Made by a program: the position numbers and the translations under genes. A stretch of 64,000 bases of DNA from an uncultured Lentisphaerota bacterium (GTDB taxonomy: Bacteria > Verrucomicrobiota > Kiritimatiellia > CAIQIC01), in assembly GCA_903896925.1 (NCBI GenBank), contig CAITZM010000081.1:12111-76110 (forward strand), in the 5' to 3' direction. The notes under the pieces are model-generated. The model searched no databases and had not been told where the DNA came from. It saw only the letters and a program-made list of their open reading frames with translations. The stretch's first letter is position 1; each line of letters starts with the position of its first letter. Shown piece by piece: positions 46,293 to 58,348 of this stretch.

Positions 46293-46592
46293 TCACAGCC
46301 CGCGCGCCAGCAGCTCGAGCCGCCGGATGCGTTCCTCGACCGGGGGATGTGTGCTGAACATTCGAGTCAGGCCCCCACTGGAAAAAGGGTTAATGATGAA
46401 GAGCGATGCGGTGGCAGGCGTGCCGACAGACAGCGGGGTGCGGGCGGCTGCCTCGTGGAGCTTGCGAAGTGCACCGGCCAAGGCCACCAAGAGGGCCACC
46501 AAGGCGCCCTTTTGACCTCCAATCCAGCCGCCGATGAGAACAAAGATGCTTGTGAGAGCGGCCAACAGCAGCGTGGTCTTGATGTAGTTCAT
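46293..46592 (-). pseudogene. htpX: htpX (M48 protease) remnant, with an in-frame internal deletion that removes the HEXXH zinc site
   Basis: N-terminal TM helix (MNYIKTTLLLAALTSIFVLIGG) is fused to the HtpX C-terminus (RMFSTHPPVEERIRRLE). About 190 codons including the catalytic motif are missing. 99 aa total. Confidence 0.5.
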
Positions 46593-46722
46593 AGCAGCCT
46601 TCCCGTTCCCCTCGACCTTGTCGCAAGCATGGCCACAGCGTGACCGCCAGAAGATGGCGATAGCGCCTCTATAGCTGTGGCCGACTGAGGGCGGCCGTCA
46701 CACGACACAAGGTTGCATGGCT

Positions 46723-49305
<2,583 letters not shown>

Positions 49306-49328
49306 ACACTTGTCCCTGCTCATATCCA

Positions 49329-50069
49329 TCATCCCAGGCCGGCCAGCAGCAGCCGGTTCTCCTGCCCACAACTGCGCCAGACTCTTTCGCCCACGCGGTC
49401 CGGCGGTGACCGCCCAGCATGGCAGGCTTCCCCTCCGGCCACATGCAGAGCGGCCGGAACCTGTCCTCGCCATGCGGGGCGTGGGGGCAGTCCGGTGGAC
49501 TTCCCGGCCACACGTAATGGCCCGAGGTTATCGAGGCGCAGCCATGCACGTCCTGCCGATAAGGGCCACTGGCTGGCATCCACCTCGACGCTGTGAATCT
49601 TCCATGTGTGGTCGTCACTCATCAAATCGCGTAAGCAGCCAAGGTCTTCCTCACCGGCAAGGAGATGACAGTCGAGCGCGTCCTGCTGGCTGTGCAAGCG
49701 CAGGCTGCAGGACGGCTCGCCTCCCTGTTCAAGCCCTGGTGGGCCGGACCAGTAATTTGGTAACTCGTAGTAAGCGCGCAACAGCTTCTCATCCTGACAC
49801 GAGAGGCCCCGCGCGGCGGTGAAGACCGGGCTGTTATGAATGGTGGCGGTAGGCAACCACGAGGAAAGCCAGCCAATTTCCCGGTCAATGCGGCTGATCA
49901 TCTCCGGAGGCAGCAGAAACGTGCGTGGTAACGATTTTTCGGGACCCGTAACGGCCAGGTACCGGACACTCCAATACACGTCGTCAAAATACAGATCCGT
50001 AACGGTCCCGAGTCTCCCGTCGCGCGTGTGCACCTGATAGCCTGGCAGCTCGCTTAAAGCCCATTTCAT
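49329..50069 (-). CDS. PRC-barrel domain protein
   Basis: N-terminal LPGYQVHTRDGRLGTVTDLYFDDVYWSVRYLAV is a PRC-barrel. Remainder is low complexity, so the 3' end is uncertain. Confidence 0.45.
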   Translation of the reverse strand: MKWALSELPGYQVHTRDGRLGTVTDLYFDDVYWSVRYLAVTGPEKSLPRTFLLPPEMISRIDREIGWLSSWLPTATIHNSPVFTAARGLSCQDEKLLRAYYELPNYWSGPPGLEQGGEPSCSLRLHSQQDALDCHLLAGEEDLGCLRDLMSDDHTWKIHSVEVDASQWPLSAGRAWLRLDNLGPLRVAGKSTGLPPRPAWRGQVPAALHVAGGEACHAGRSPPDRVGERVWRSCGQENRLLLAGLG

Positions 50070-50086
50070 GTCCGAACTCCTTTCCC

Positions 50087-50467
50087 CTACATCAACAGGT
50101 CGTCTGGCGCGAGCTGCGCCCCCGTGCAAGCGAACCGCTGCCGGCGCACCTGCCGCACGCCCCCGCGCCGGACCCTATCGACGGCGCGGCTCACAGCCAT
50201 GGCGAGCCGTCCGGACGCCCGGTCAATAACGCTGAAAAGCTCGACGCCTTCCTCTTTTATGACGATGCCCGCGGTCCGGCGCAGGCGCAGTTCAACAAGG
50301 CAATGCTTGTCTGGTCCGCCTTTGGGCCCGTTGGCATCGCTTAGCAGGATGCGCCCATGCAGGATGTGATGTGCGAAGCGATCCAGAGCCCGCTCAAAGC
50401 GGTCTCGGATACGGTTCACAGCGTCACGGTCCAGCGCTATGTGCAGCTTCCGAATCTCGATTCTCAT
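50087..50467 (-). CDS. putative ribosome-associated inhibitor (RaiA/HPF-like) small protein
   Basis: Beta-alpha-beta-beta-beta-alpha pattern (IEIRKLHIALDRD..IRDRFERAL..HCLVELRL..SVIDRASGRL) resembles the HPF fold. Low certainty. Confidence 0.35.
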   Translation of the reverse strand: MRIEIRKLHIALDRDAVNRIRDRFERALDRFAHHILHGRILLSDANGPKGGPDKHCLVELRLRRTAGIVIKEEGVELFSVIDRASGRLAMAVSRAVDRVRRGGVRQVRRQRFACTGAQLAPDDLLM

Positions 50468-50574
50468 GTCCTTGCTCCTGTGTTTGCGGTCGGTTTCATT
50501 GTTCACCGGTTGCTTTTCGTGACACCCTAGCGCCGGCCCTACAGTTTGAATATTAGATAATGAAGTCGTAATAG

Positions 50575-50589
50575 TTCGATATTATCGAA
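50575..50589. promoter_or_regulatory. dyad TTCGAT-N3-ATCGAA in the divergent AT-rich intergenic region. Candidate LysR-type (T-N11-A) operator.
   Basis: ttcgatattatcgaa, 70 bp upstream of the NhaR-like gene and about 110 bp upstream of the divergent HPF-like gene. Confidence 0.4.
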
Positions 50590-50658
50590 CATTCAAGCGC
50601 GGGCCGGCTTGCGGGCGGTTGCGTTCCAGGGGTGGCCCCGCTACACTGCGGCGGTACG

Positions 50659-51546
50659 ATGAACCGGCTGAACTATCATCATCTGCAGTACTTCTGGCTG
50701 GTGGCCAAGGAACGCAGCTTGGCGCGCGCCGCGGCCCTTCTGCGGCTGGCACCGTCCACCTTGAGCGGACAGATCCACGCCTTCGAGGGGGTGTTGGGGC
50801 AGGCACTGTTTGCGCGCGTGGGCCGCCGGCTCGAACTCACGGATGCCGGCCGGCTGGTGTACCGGTATGCCGACGATATCTTCACGTTGGGCACCGAATT
50901 GCAAGATGCGCTCCTTGACCGCCCTGTGGGACGGCCGCTCCGGCTGCAAGTCGGCATTGCGGACGCAGTTCCCAAGATGCTGGCGAGCACGCTGTTGCAG
51001 CCCGTCCTCGCCCTTGCGGATCGCGTGATCTTAACCTGTGTCGAAGGTTCCCCGGAGCGCCTGCTTGCCGCCCTGACCGCGCACGAGGTGGATGTCGTTT
51101 TCGCGGATGCGCCCTGCACAGCCCATCCGGGGCTTCAGGTGCTCAGCCACCTGCTGACGCGCTGTCCTGTCGTGATCCTCGGGACGAAGGCGCTGGCACA
51201 GCGCTACAGGAAGAATTTCCCCCGCTCGCTGCGCGGAGCGCCGCTGCTGCTGCCCACGCCGCAAGCCACGCTGCACCGGTCCATGGAGCAGTGGCTGTCT
51301 GAGCACGCCCTGACCCCTCAAATTATGGGGGAATTCGACGATCAGGCGCTGCTGGTTGAACTGGGGCAGGCAGGGCTCGGCCTTTTTCCGGTACCGGCCG
51401 CCATCGAGCGCACCATCCGCGCCCGCTTTCCGGTCCATCGCGTCGGCGTCATCAGCGAAGTCCACGAGTCCTTCTACGCCATTACCGTGGAGCGTCGCAT
51501 TGCGCACCCTGCTGTCGTGGCCATTTGCAAGCACCACATTCACTAG
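50659..51546 (+). CDS. LysR-family transcriptional regulator, NhaR-like
   Basis: N-terminus MNRLNYHHLQYFWLVAKERSLARAAALL parallels E. coli NhaR. A LysR substrate-binding domain follows. Confidence 0.7.
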   Translation: MNRLNYHHLQYFWLVAKERSLARAAALLRLAPSTLSGQIHAFEGVLGQALFARVGRRLELTDAGRLVYRYADDIFTLGTELQDALLDRPVGRPLRLQVGIADAVPKMLASTLLQPVLALADRVILTCVEGSPERLLAALTAHEVDVVFADAPCTAHPGLQVLSHLLTRCPVVILGTKALAQRYRKNFPRSLRGAPLLLPTPQATLHRSMEQWLSEHALTPQIMGEFDDQALLVELGQAGLGLFPVPAAIERTIRARFPVHRVGVISEVHESFYAITVERRIAHPAVVAICKHHIH

Positions 51547-51927
51547 GAAATGAACTGACAGAGGAGCGATGAGGCGGACAAGCCGTGTAAGCAGGTGCAC
51601 GCGGGAAGGTTGAGTGTATTCGGCGGTCTATGAGGGCGGTTTTCACCATGAGCTTCGCGCCATAAAACCCCCGCACCCGGGTCGAACTGCTTGAATCCAG
51701 GTGCGACATACGCGGGCGGGCCCTGTGCGTCGCCGCGTGGACCGCCCATCCCTGGTTGAGCGCGAGTGCCCGAACACCGCAGGCGTCTTCCGAGAGACGA
51801 ACGCTGCTGAACTGGCGAGGCAAAGGCTGGTCCCGCCAGTCCTCAGGCGGAACCAGTCGCCCGAGAACCAGCGTTTCCGTCGCGAGGACCAGTGTTCCAG
51901 ATTATCGGTGTCGGGCGCTTGAGGGCG

Positions 51928-54900
51928 TCACAGCTTCAGGATGGCGACTTTCGCGGGCGGCAGGTCGGCCAGGGGTTTGTGCGTGCCCGGCGGGGTGTCC
52001 CACTGCTGCACGATCGCTTCCTGCGTGCCTTCACTGCCGGTGGAAAGGAGATCTGATCCGGCCGCCATCCCACGGACTTGTGCCGTACCCTTGTCGGGCG
52101 TCAGCGCCGCAGCCACCAACTTGATATTTGAATGGCCCAAACTGCGCTCCATGGTGTCGAACCAGGTTTTGTCCGGCAGGGCGGGGAAGAGCAAGATGAA
52201 GCCATCGACTCTGTACTTGGCGGCCGCACCAATGAGGTCCTCGGCGCGCAGCGCGGCGCCGGGTTCTACGGTTACGGCCGGCATCAGGCGGATGCGGTGG
52301 TAACGCGTAAATAGGCGCAGCAGCTGGTCTTCGCTGCCGATGCTGGGCTGCCAAACGCCTTCTGCACTGATATTGAACCACGCGGGCGCCATGTCCGTGA
52401 CGCGATCGATTTCCGGGCGTACGGCCGCGAGGGCGGTGTCGAGCATGGCCTCGCTCTTGATGCCAGGCAGCAGGAGCATGCGGGGCGCCAACGGGCCGGC
52501 GCTGGCGCGCTCCATGACGACCTGGGCCTTGCCCAGCTCAGCGCTGAAGGCCGCCAGACCGAGCCAGCCGAGATCGAAGTCGGCCGGAACTTCGAGGGGC
52601 GAGGAGAACGCGGGCTGGTCGTTTATATAACCCATCAGACCTTCACCTCGCACCTCCAGGCGCAGGCGCACGGCGGCTTTCGTATCGGGCCACGGGCGGC
52701 TGCGTTGATCCACAATGTGGTTGTTGCGCCAGAGCTGCAGGTAGATGGTGCCGGATTCATCCCAGCCAAAGCGCACCATGTGCTCGGACGTGCGGCGCGC
52801 ATAGAGCCAGAAGGCACCCAGTTTCCGCTGGACCACGCCCTCCACGTAGGCGTCGCGGAAGTGTTCGGAACCCAGCAGGCGCATGGTGGCCTCGCTATGG
52901 GTGTCGTCGGAATGGATCAGCAGTTTGCCGGATTCGGCCTTGAAGACGCCGCCATCCAGCCACCAAGCCGGGGATATTTTACCGCCGGCGAAGTTTTCGG
53001 AGACCTGGTCTTTGCGCGGCAACAAGCGCTCGTAGAGCGTCGCGATGCGTGCATCCTTGGTTTGCGCAGCGATCTGCTGGACGAGTTTCACGAGGGCTCG
53101 GCTGCCGGGCAGGCTGAACAGGTCATACTTCCAGATGGCTTGTCCCAGTTCATACTGGAACTCGGGCTGCGCCCCGATGCGTGCCAAGGTTCCCATCTGC
53201 GTGCGATAATCAGCAGGGGCGATAGGCAGCCGCAACATGAAGGCCACAGCCTCGAAATTATTGGTATCCACCTGGATGATGTGCTGCACGATCGGGATGG
53301 CTTCGGCGCTGCGGTCATGCCGGCGCAGCCATTCCGCCTGTGCGAGCATGATGCTGGTGTTGTCCGGGAACAAGCGGGCGTAAATGTTAAGCTCGTTCAT
53401 CGCTTCTTCAATGCGGCCGGCGGTATCCAGCAGGCCGGCGCGGCGCAGGGCCAGCCGAATCTGCCCCGGGTCCAGATCCAAGCTCGTGGAGTAGTTGGTC
53501 AGGGCCTGTTTGAGGTCACCCAGCCGCAGGAAGGCATCGCCGATCAGCATGGGCGGCCGGGGGTTGTTGGGCTCCGCGGCGAACCATTGCTGCCAGAGCG
53601 TGACGGCTTTGCTGTAGTCGCCATCCATGAAGGCCGCCTGGCCGTCCTGCAGCAGTCGGGATGTCTTGAAAACCGAGGAGGTCAGGCTTTGGTTTTCGGC
53701 CATGGCGTTCAGCTCATAGAACATGGGCATGTCCTTGTCCTGGTCGGGAATCGGCACCTGCTCCAGTTTCGCCGTGGGCACGCTCGGGCCTTTGGGCGTG
53801 ATCGCACGCAAAGGCGAACCCGGCTCGGCCACAACCTGGATGGAAGGGATCACGGCCAGCAGGGAGCGCACAAAAACCGGGGTTTCCAGCGAGGGGGGCA
53901 GCCGCACCTTCAGTTCCAAGCCGCGCGCGCGCAGGTCGTTGGCACATTGCTGCAGCCAGGTCATAATGCGGGTCGTCGTCGGCTTCTGCATCTCGTCCAT
54001 CGTGACAAACATGCCCTGCGCTTTGATCTCGGAGAGCTTGTCGGCCAGTTGGGAGGGCGTCACGCGCGTCAGCGACTGCTCGTCGCCGATGTTGACGCGC
54101 GGCAACAAGCGGAAGTGATACATGCGGGCGATCATCGCGTAGGCGGTCGAATCCCAGACGCTCTTCAGCATCTGCCCGGAGGGTGAGAAGTTGATCCAGG
54201 ACGGGCTGATGTCCGTCAAACTATAAGCATGTTGATGGATCCAGCGAAACACGCCGGCATCATGCTGGCTGGAGCGGGAATCCCATGTGGCGACCGACCG
54301 TTCCGGCGGTTTGAGCGTGACCTCGGAGATGGTCACTTTCGCGCGGCCCTTGTCGGCCTGCCAGATGCTCAAGCCGATCATGCCGGGCTTCATGTCGCCG
54401 CGCAGGAGCACCCGCTCGGAGAAGATGGGTTTGCCATCCAGGCGCGCAAACAGGAGCGGGCCGCGGGCGTTGATGTCCAGCACATGTTCGCCCTTGGTGG
54501 CATCCACGTTCACATGCGACGAAGCGAGTGTGAACCGTTCCAGCGTGGCTTGTTTTTGCCGCAGCCACACGCCCATGTCCAAGCTTTCCTCGGCTTCCAT
54601 GCGCGTCGCGTCCTGCCCGAATTTGGTCTGCCGCAAACAGGCGGTGCCTTTGGAGTCCAGTCCGAGGTAGACGTACGATTCCTCGTCGGCCGCGGCGCGG
54701 GCATAGATGCCCAACTGGCCGCTGAGCTGGCTGAACACCACGCGGGAGTAGAAATCCTTGGTCAAATCGCTGCCCGCCAGCCACATTTTGGCGCCGGTGT
54801 TTTGTTCCGGCGCATAGAGGGTCATGCCGGCTTTGTCGTCTTTCACCGCGCCCCAGTCCACGATCCAGGCCGCGGCGATGCGCGAGGTGTTGGTGACGGA

Positions 54901-55920
54901 TGAGATGGATTCGTCCACCGGCCAGGAGCGGTCCAGGAAGTCCACCAGGTCCTCTCCGGACCATTCCGGTTTTACGCGCAGCCGGTTGAGCCGCTTCGGA
55001 TCGCTATAGCGGGTGTTGACGGACAGGTTGCCGGTCAAGAACCCCAGGCTGTAATACTTGCTCGCCAGCTGCAGGTTGACCAGGCGGGCGAATACGGCGC
55101 GCGATTCAAACTGGCCGAAGTCGCCATAGGGATAGGCGTACGCCTTGGGCTTGATCCCGGTCTTCTTCTCGATGACCTGCAGGCAGGCCTCATGATCCTG
55201 CGCCAACCGGTCGGCGAACTCGGCCGGGGTCTCGAACCGATTCTCCTCCGCCAGCCATTTGGCGGTGGTCATGAAATGCCCCAGATAGCCCTGCTGGCTG
55301 GCCGGGACCGCCGCAAAACCATTGAAGCTTTGCGCGCCCAGTTCCCAGGTGCCCGACCGCGACATGATCTGTATGTAGGGCCACAGCAAAGCGGCAGGAT
55401 CCTTGTCGATGATCGGATGGGTCCACAGGAACATCACGGCTTTCCAGCCCGCGCTCTTGAGGATGGGGTCCGCCGCGAAATACGAACTCTTCCGGCCGTG
55501 ATCGAAGGTCAGCAGCACGGACTTTTGGGGTACAGGCTTGCCTTCGTAAAGCAACTGGCGCACATCCTCCAGTTGGATCGGCACATAGCCCCGGCTCCGC
55601 AGTTCCTTCAGGTGCTCCGTGAACAAGGCGGTATTGACCTCGTTGGTGCGCTGCGAAACGCCCTCGTAGGCCAGCGCCACAAAGGCGTACGAGGTGCGCG
55701 GCCCGGCTTTGACGTCGGGATACATCCAGTGTGAAATCAGGGCCCGCAGGGGGAAATACCAGGCCACCACCAGGCAGAGCACAATCATGAAGTGCATCCA
55801 CGAGGAGGTGTAGACCACGGTGACCGGCTGAATAATCGTCCGCCCCCCGGCGCCATCTCCGCCGCTCTTCGGCGGGGTTTGGTCGGGCGTGGACTGCGGC
55901 GCTTGCGGCTTCGTAATCAT
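51928..55920 (-). CDS. large membrane-anchored multidomain exopolysaccharide-modifying protein (TM helix, CE4-like deacetylase, TPR region, further carbohydrate-active-like domains), about 1330 aa
   Basis: Start ATG overlaps the synthase stop (ATGA at 55917-55920). TM helix WMHFMIVLCLVVAWYF. Deacetylase-like block VLLTFDHGRKSS...YAYPYGDFGQ echoes the paralogs at 33-42 kb. TPR-like repeats around TLWQQWFAAEPNN..DAFLRLGDLKQALTNY. The ORF could extend to 56274 but would then overlap the synthase by 357 nt. Confidence 0.6.
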   Translation of the reverse strand: MITKPQAPQSTPDQTPPKSGGDGAGGRTIIQPVTVVYTSSWMHFMIVLCLVVAWYFPLRALISHWMYPDVKAGPRTSYAFVALAYEGVSQRTNEVNTALFTEHLKELRSRGYVPIQLEDVRQLLYEGKPVPQKSVLLTFDHGRKSSYFAADPILKSAGWKAVMFLWTHPIIDKDPAALLWPYIQIMSRSGTWELGAQSFNGFAAVPASQQGYLGHFMTTAKWLAEENRFETPAEFADRLAQDHEACLQVIEKKTGIKPKAYAYPYGDFGQFESRAVFARLVNLQLASKYYSLGFLTGNLSVNTRYSDPKRLNRLRVKPEWSGEDLVDFLDRSWPVDESISSVTNTSRIAAAWIVDWGAVKDDKAGMTLYAPEQNTGAKMWLAGSDLTKDFYSRVVFSQLSGQLGIYARAAADEESYVYLGLDSKGTACLRQTKFGQDATRMEAEESLDMGVWLRQKQATLERFTLASSHVNVDATKGEHVLDINARGPLLFARLDGKPIFSERVLLRGDMKPGMIGLSIWQADKGRAKVTISEVTLKPPERSVATWDSRSSQHDAGVFRWIHQHAYSLTDISPSWINFSPSGQMLKSVWDSTAYAMIARMYHFRLLPRVNIGDEQSLTRVTPSQLADKLSEIKAQGMFVTMDEMQKPTTTRIMTWLQQCANDLRARGLELKVRLPPSLETPVFVRSLLAVIPSIQVVAEPGSPLRAITPKGPSVPTAKLEQVPIPDQDKDMPMFYELNAMAENQSLTSSVFKTSRLLQDGQAAFMDGDYSKAVTLWQQWFAAEPNNPRPPMLIGDAFLRLGDLKQALTNYSTSLDLDPGQIRLALRRAGLLDTAGRIEEAMNELNIYARLFPDNTSIMLAQAEWLRRHDRSAEAIPIVQHIIQVDTNNFEAVAFMLRLPIAPADYRTQMGTLARIGAQPEFQYELGQAIWKYDLFSLPGSRALVKLVQQIAAQTKDARIATLYERLLPRKDQVSENFAGGKISPAWWLDGGVFKAESGKLLIHSDDTHSEATMRLLGSEHFRDAYVEGVVQRKLGAFWLYARRTSEHMVRFGWDESGTIYLQLWRNNHIVDQRSRPWPDTKAAVRLRLEVRGEGLMGYINDQPAFSSPLEVPADFDLGWLGLAAFSAELGKAQVVMERASAGPLAPRMLLLPGIKSEAMLDTALAAVRPEIDRVTDMAPAWFNISAEGVWQPSIGSEDQLLRLFTRYHRIRLMPAVTVEPGAALRAEDLIGAAAKYRVDGFILLFPALPDKTWFDTMERSLGHSNIKLVAAALTPDKGTAQVRGMAAGSDLLSTGSEGTQEAIVQQWDTPPGTHKPLADLPPAKVAILKL

Positions 55921-57497
55921 CTCGTCCCCCATGTAGTTCTGCGCATCGTGGCAAAGGCGTAATAGCCCTGCCAGCTGAAAAAGAAAACGTAAGTCAAAAC
56001 AAAGATGAACCCGGTCCACCAATGCCGCCGGCCGGTTTTTTCCAAATAGTAGAGCGACCACAGCAGGGTCACGACCAACACGCCGCCAATATAGAAACCA
56101 GGGAGGCGGTGCATGGCCAGCGGCGCCATGATGAGCGCGTTGAACATCACGAGCGGCGCAATCGTCGGCAGAATGGTCATGGCGTACCAGGAGATGGCCG
56201 CCACAGGATGCTTGCGCCACATAAACTGACCGGCGAGAAACATCTCCCGCCCCCACGAGCGTTTCCAGCGGCACTGCTGGTTGACATATTTGCGCCAGTC
56301 TTCCGGCACGATCGTGGTGGCGAGCGCCTCGTCGTCATAGAGGATGCGGTAGTTCTTCAGCAGCATGTTCGTCAGTGCGCGGTCATCTCCGAACGTCGCG
56401 TAGTTGCCCAGAAATTTCTGGTAGAGCCACTTGTCGAGCACGTGCAGCACGCACGATTTACGGTAGGCCGAGAAGCAGCCCGGGCAGCAGCTGACCGCGC
56501 CGAACAGGCTCTCCGCGGCCTTCATTACGCGATAGGATACGAAGTAGCGCACGTCCTGCATCTTGGTCAGGACATTGACCTCCACGTTTTCCACATCGGT
56601 GTGTCCGGCCACGGCCGCGACGGTGGGATCCACCAGCCCTTGCACCACCTTGTGGATGGAGCCCGGCAAGAGAAAGCTGTCGGAATCCACATAGACCAGC
56701 ACTTCGCTGCGCGCCAGCCGTGCGCCCACCGCCATGCCATGGCGCTTGCCCTTGTTCTGCTCGAAATCCACGACGATCAGGCTGGGGTGCCGGGCTTGGG
56801 CGCGCATCATGTCAGCCAGGGTGTTGTCGGTGGAGCCGTCATTCACGGCGACCACTTCCAGCTTGGAATGCGGATAGCCTTCGCCATAGATCCGGCCGAT
56901 GGTTTTCTCGATGGAGCCTTCTTCGTTGCGACAGGCCACGATCACGGCCACCGTGGGTTCGTAGCCGACATCGGACGGGGCCATGTAGAAGGCGGCCAGG
57001 AAAAACCTGGAAAGAATGAATACGCCCACGGTCAGGCTGTAGAGGTTGACCAGCGGTTGATACCAGTAATAGGTCAGATTGTGGAGTTTCAGGAAAACGG
57101 CCAGGGCCAGGAGCAGGATGATCGCGAAAATGAGGAAGATAGCCACCGGCTTGGCGGGTTGGCGATAATTCTCGGAGCCCGCGCGAGCTTCGAACATGTT
57201 CGCAGGCTCAGGGCTGGCTGGCGGGACCACAAACGTCTCCCGCGTCATGCGTGCCTGGCAAAACGGGCAGACCATAGGGGAGGGGGCACGGATGACCCGT
57301 ATCCCCAGCAAGCAATGCGGACAGTAATCGGTAGTGCCGGTTAAGCGTTCCGTCGCCAACGTGCTGCCCTGAAGGCGCACGGCTGTCTCCACCGCTAAAC
57401 TATTGGCTCCACTTTGAAGCGGCGCCGACGAAGCAATGACCATATGCCCTCTTGTTCTATTTCGATTATACTGTATACGAAGAGCGTTCAAACGCAA
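55917..57497 (-). CDS. membrane-embedded processive family-2 glycosyltransferase (PgaC/IcaA/BcsA-like polysaccharide synthase) with an N-terminal zinc-ribbon
   Basis: GT2 DxD region (VNDGSTDNT, YVDSDS), the QCRWKRSW signature (QxxRW) and flanking TM helices. The N-terminus carries CPHC...CPFC. Confidence 0.75.
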   Translation of the reverse strand: MRLNALRIQYNRNRTRGHMVIASSAPLQSGANSLAVETAVRLQGSTLATERLTGTTDYCPHCLLGIRVIRAPSPMVCPFCQARMTRETFVVPPASPEPANMFEARAGSENYRQPAKPVAIFLIFAIILLLALAVFLKLHNLTYYWYQPLVNLYSLTVGVFILSRFFLAAFYMAPSDVGYEPTVAVIVACRNEEGSIEKTIGRIYGEGYPHSKLEVVAVNDGSTDNTLADMMRAQARHPSLIVVDFEQNKGKRHGMAVGARLARSEVLVYVDSDSFLLPGSIHKVVQGLVDPTVAAVAGHTDVENVEVNVLTKMQDVRYFVSYRVMKAAESLFGAVSCCPGCFSAYRKSCVLHVLDKWLYQKFLGNYATFGDDRALTNMLLKNYRILYDDEALATTIVPEDWRKYVNQQCRWKRSWGREMFLAGQFMWRKHPVAAISWYAMTILPTIAPLVMFNALIMAPLAMHRLPGFYIGGVLVVTLLWSLYYLEKTGRRHWWTGFIFVLTYVFFFSWQGYYAFATMRRTTWGTR

Positions 57498-57940
57498 TGT
57501 TTCTTTATCAAAAGGGCTTGGTGGAAGTGCTGAGAGGAACGGTAGTGCTGTGGCCGCCGGAGCAGGCCATTTTTACGCGGACAGCGGGTCCGGCGGCGGT
57601 GCACAACGGACCGGGTTTGCCGCACGCTTTGGCACCCTGAACGCGAGCTGCCGCCGCCGGGCCGCCGTGTGCGAACGGCAGGCGAGGGAGTCGCCGGTAA
57701 CTGGTGTGGGGTGCGCTGGTGCCCCGCAAGGGTCGCAAGGGGGCGGCTCTTCAGGGTATCCTGTGTCGCTGGCCCCCTGCCTCCTGCGCCCGTTCCGAGT
57801 CACCACCACTCCCGTTCCGCATGGAAAAAAGCCCCCCCCCATATGCGGGGTCAAGCAAGGAAATACTTTATTGCTTACCAAGGCTAAAACTGTATAGTCA
57901 CGCCCCAAGTAAACTTGTACGTCGATTTGAAAGGGCGCTC

Positions 57941-58348
57941 ATGAGCATGGCCAAAATTTTGATCATTGAAGACGAGCCGGTGGTGTGGTCGTTGCTGCGG
58001 CGTATCATCACCGGGATGGGGCACCAAGTGGAACTGGCCAGCGACGGGCAGAAGGGTCTGGCCTTGGCCGGCCAAGGCCAATTCGATGTGATCGTTTCCG
58101 ACTTGCACATGCCGGGACAACCCGCCGGCATGGAACTCATCCGGCAGTTGCACAACCTGTGCCCGAAGTGCCCGATCGTCATCGTCTCCGGATACCCCTC
58201 CGCGGAGACGCTGAGCGAGTGTGAACAGTTGGGCATCACAGATTTCCTGACCAAACCCTTTGAGATGACCTTTGTGCAGGCCAGTATTGAGAAAATCCTG
58301 AAAACAAAGGCGGGCATGGCTCCCGTGCCGGCCAAGGGGAATGCATGA
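57941..58348 (+). CDS. single-domain response regulator (CheY-like receiver)
   Basis: KILIIEDEP...VIVSDLHMPG...TKP. 135 aa, no output domain. Confidence 0.7.
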   Translation: MSMAKILIIEDEPVVWSLLRRIITGMGHQVELASDGQKGLALAGQGQFDVIVSDLHMPGQPAGMELIRQLHNLCPKCPIVIVSGYPSAETLSECEQLGITDFLTKPFEMTFVQASIEKILKTKAGMAPVPAKGNA

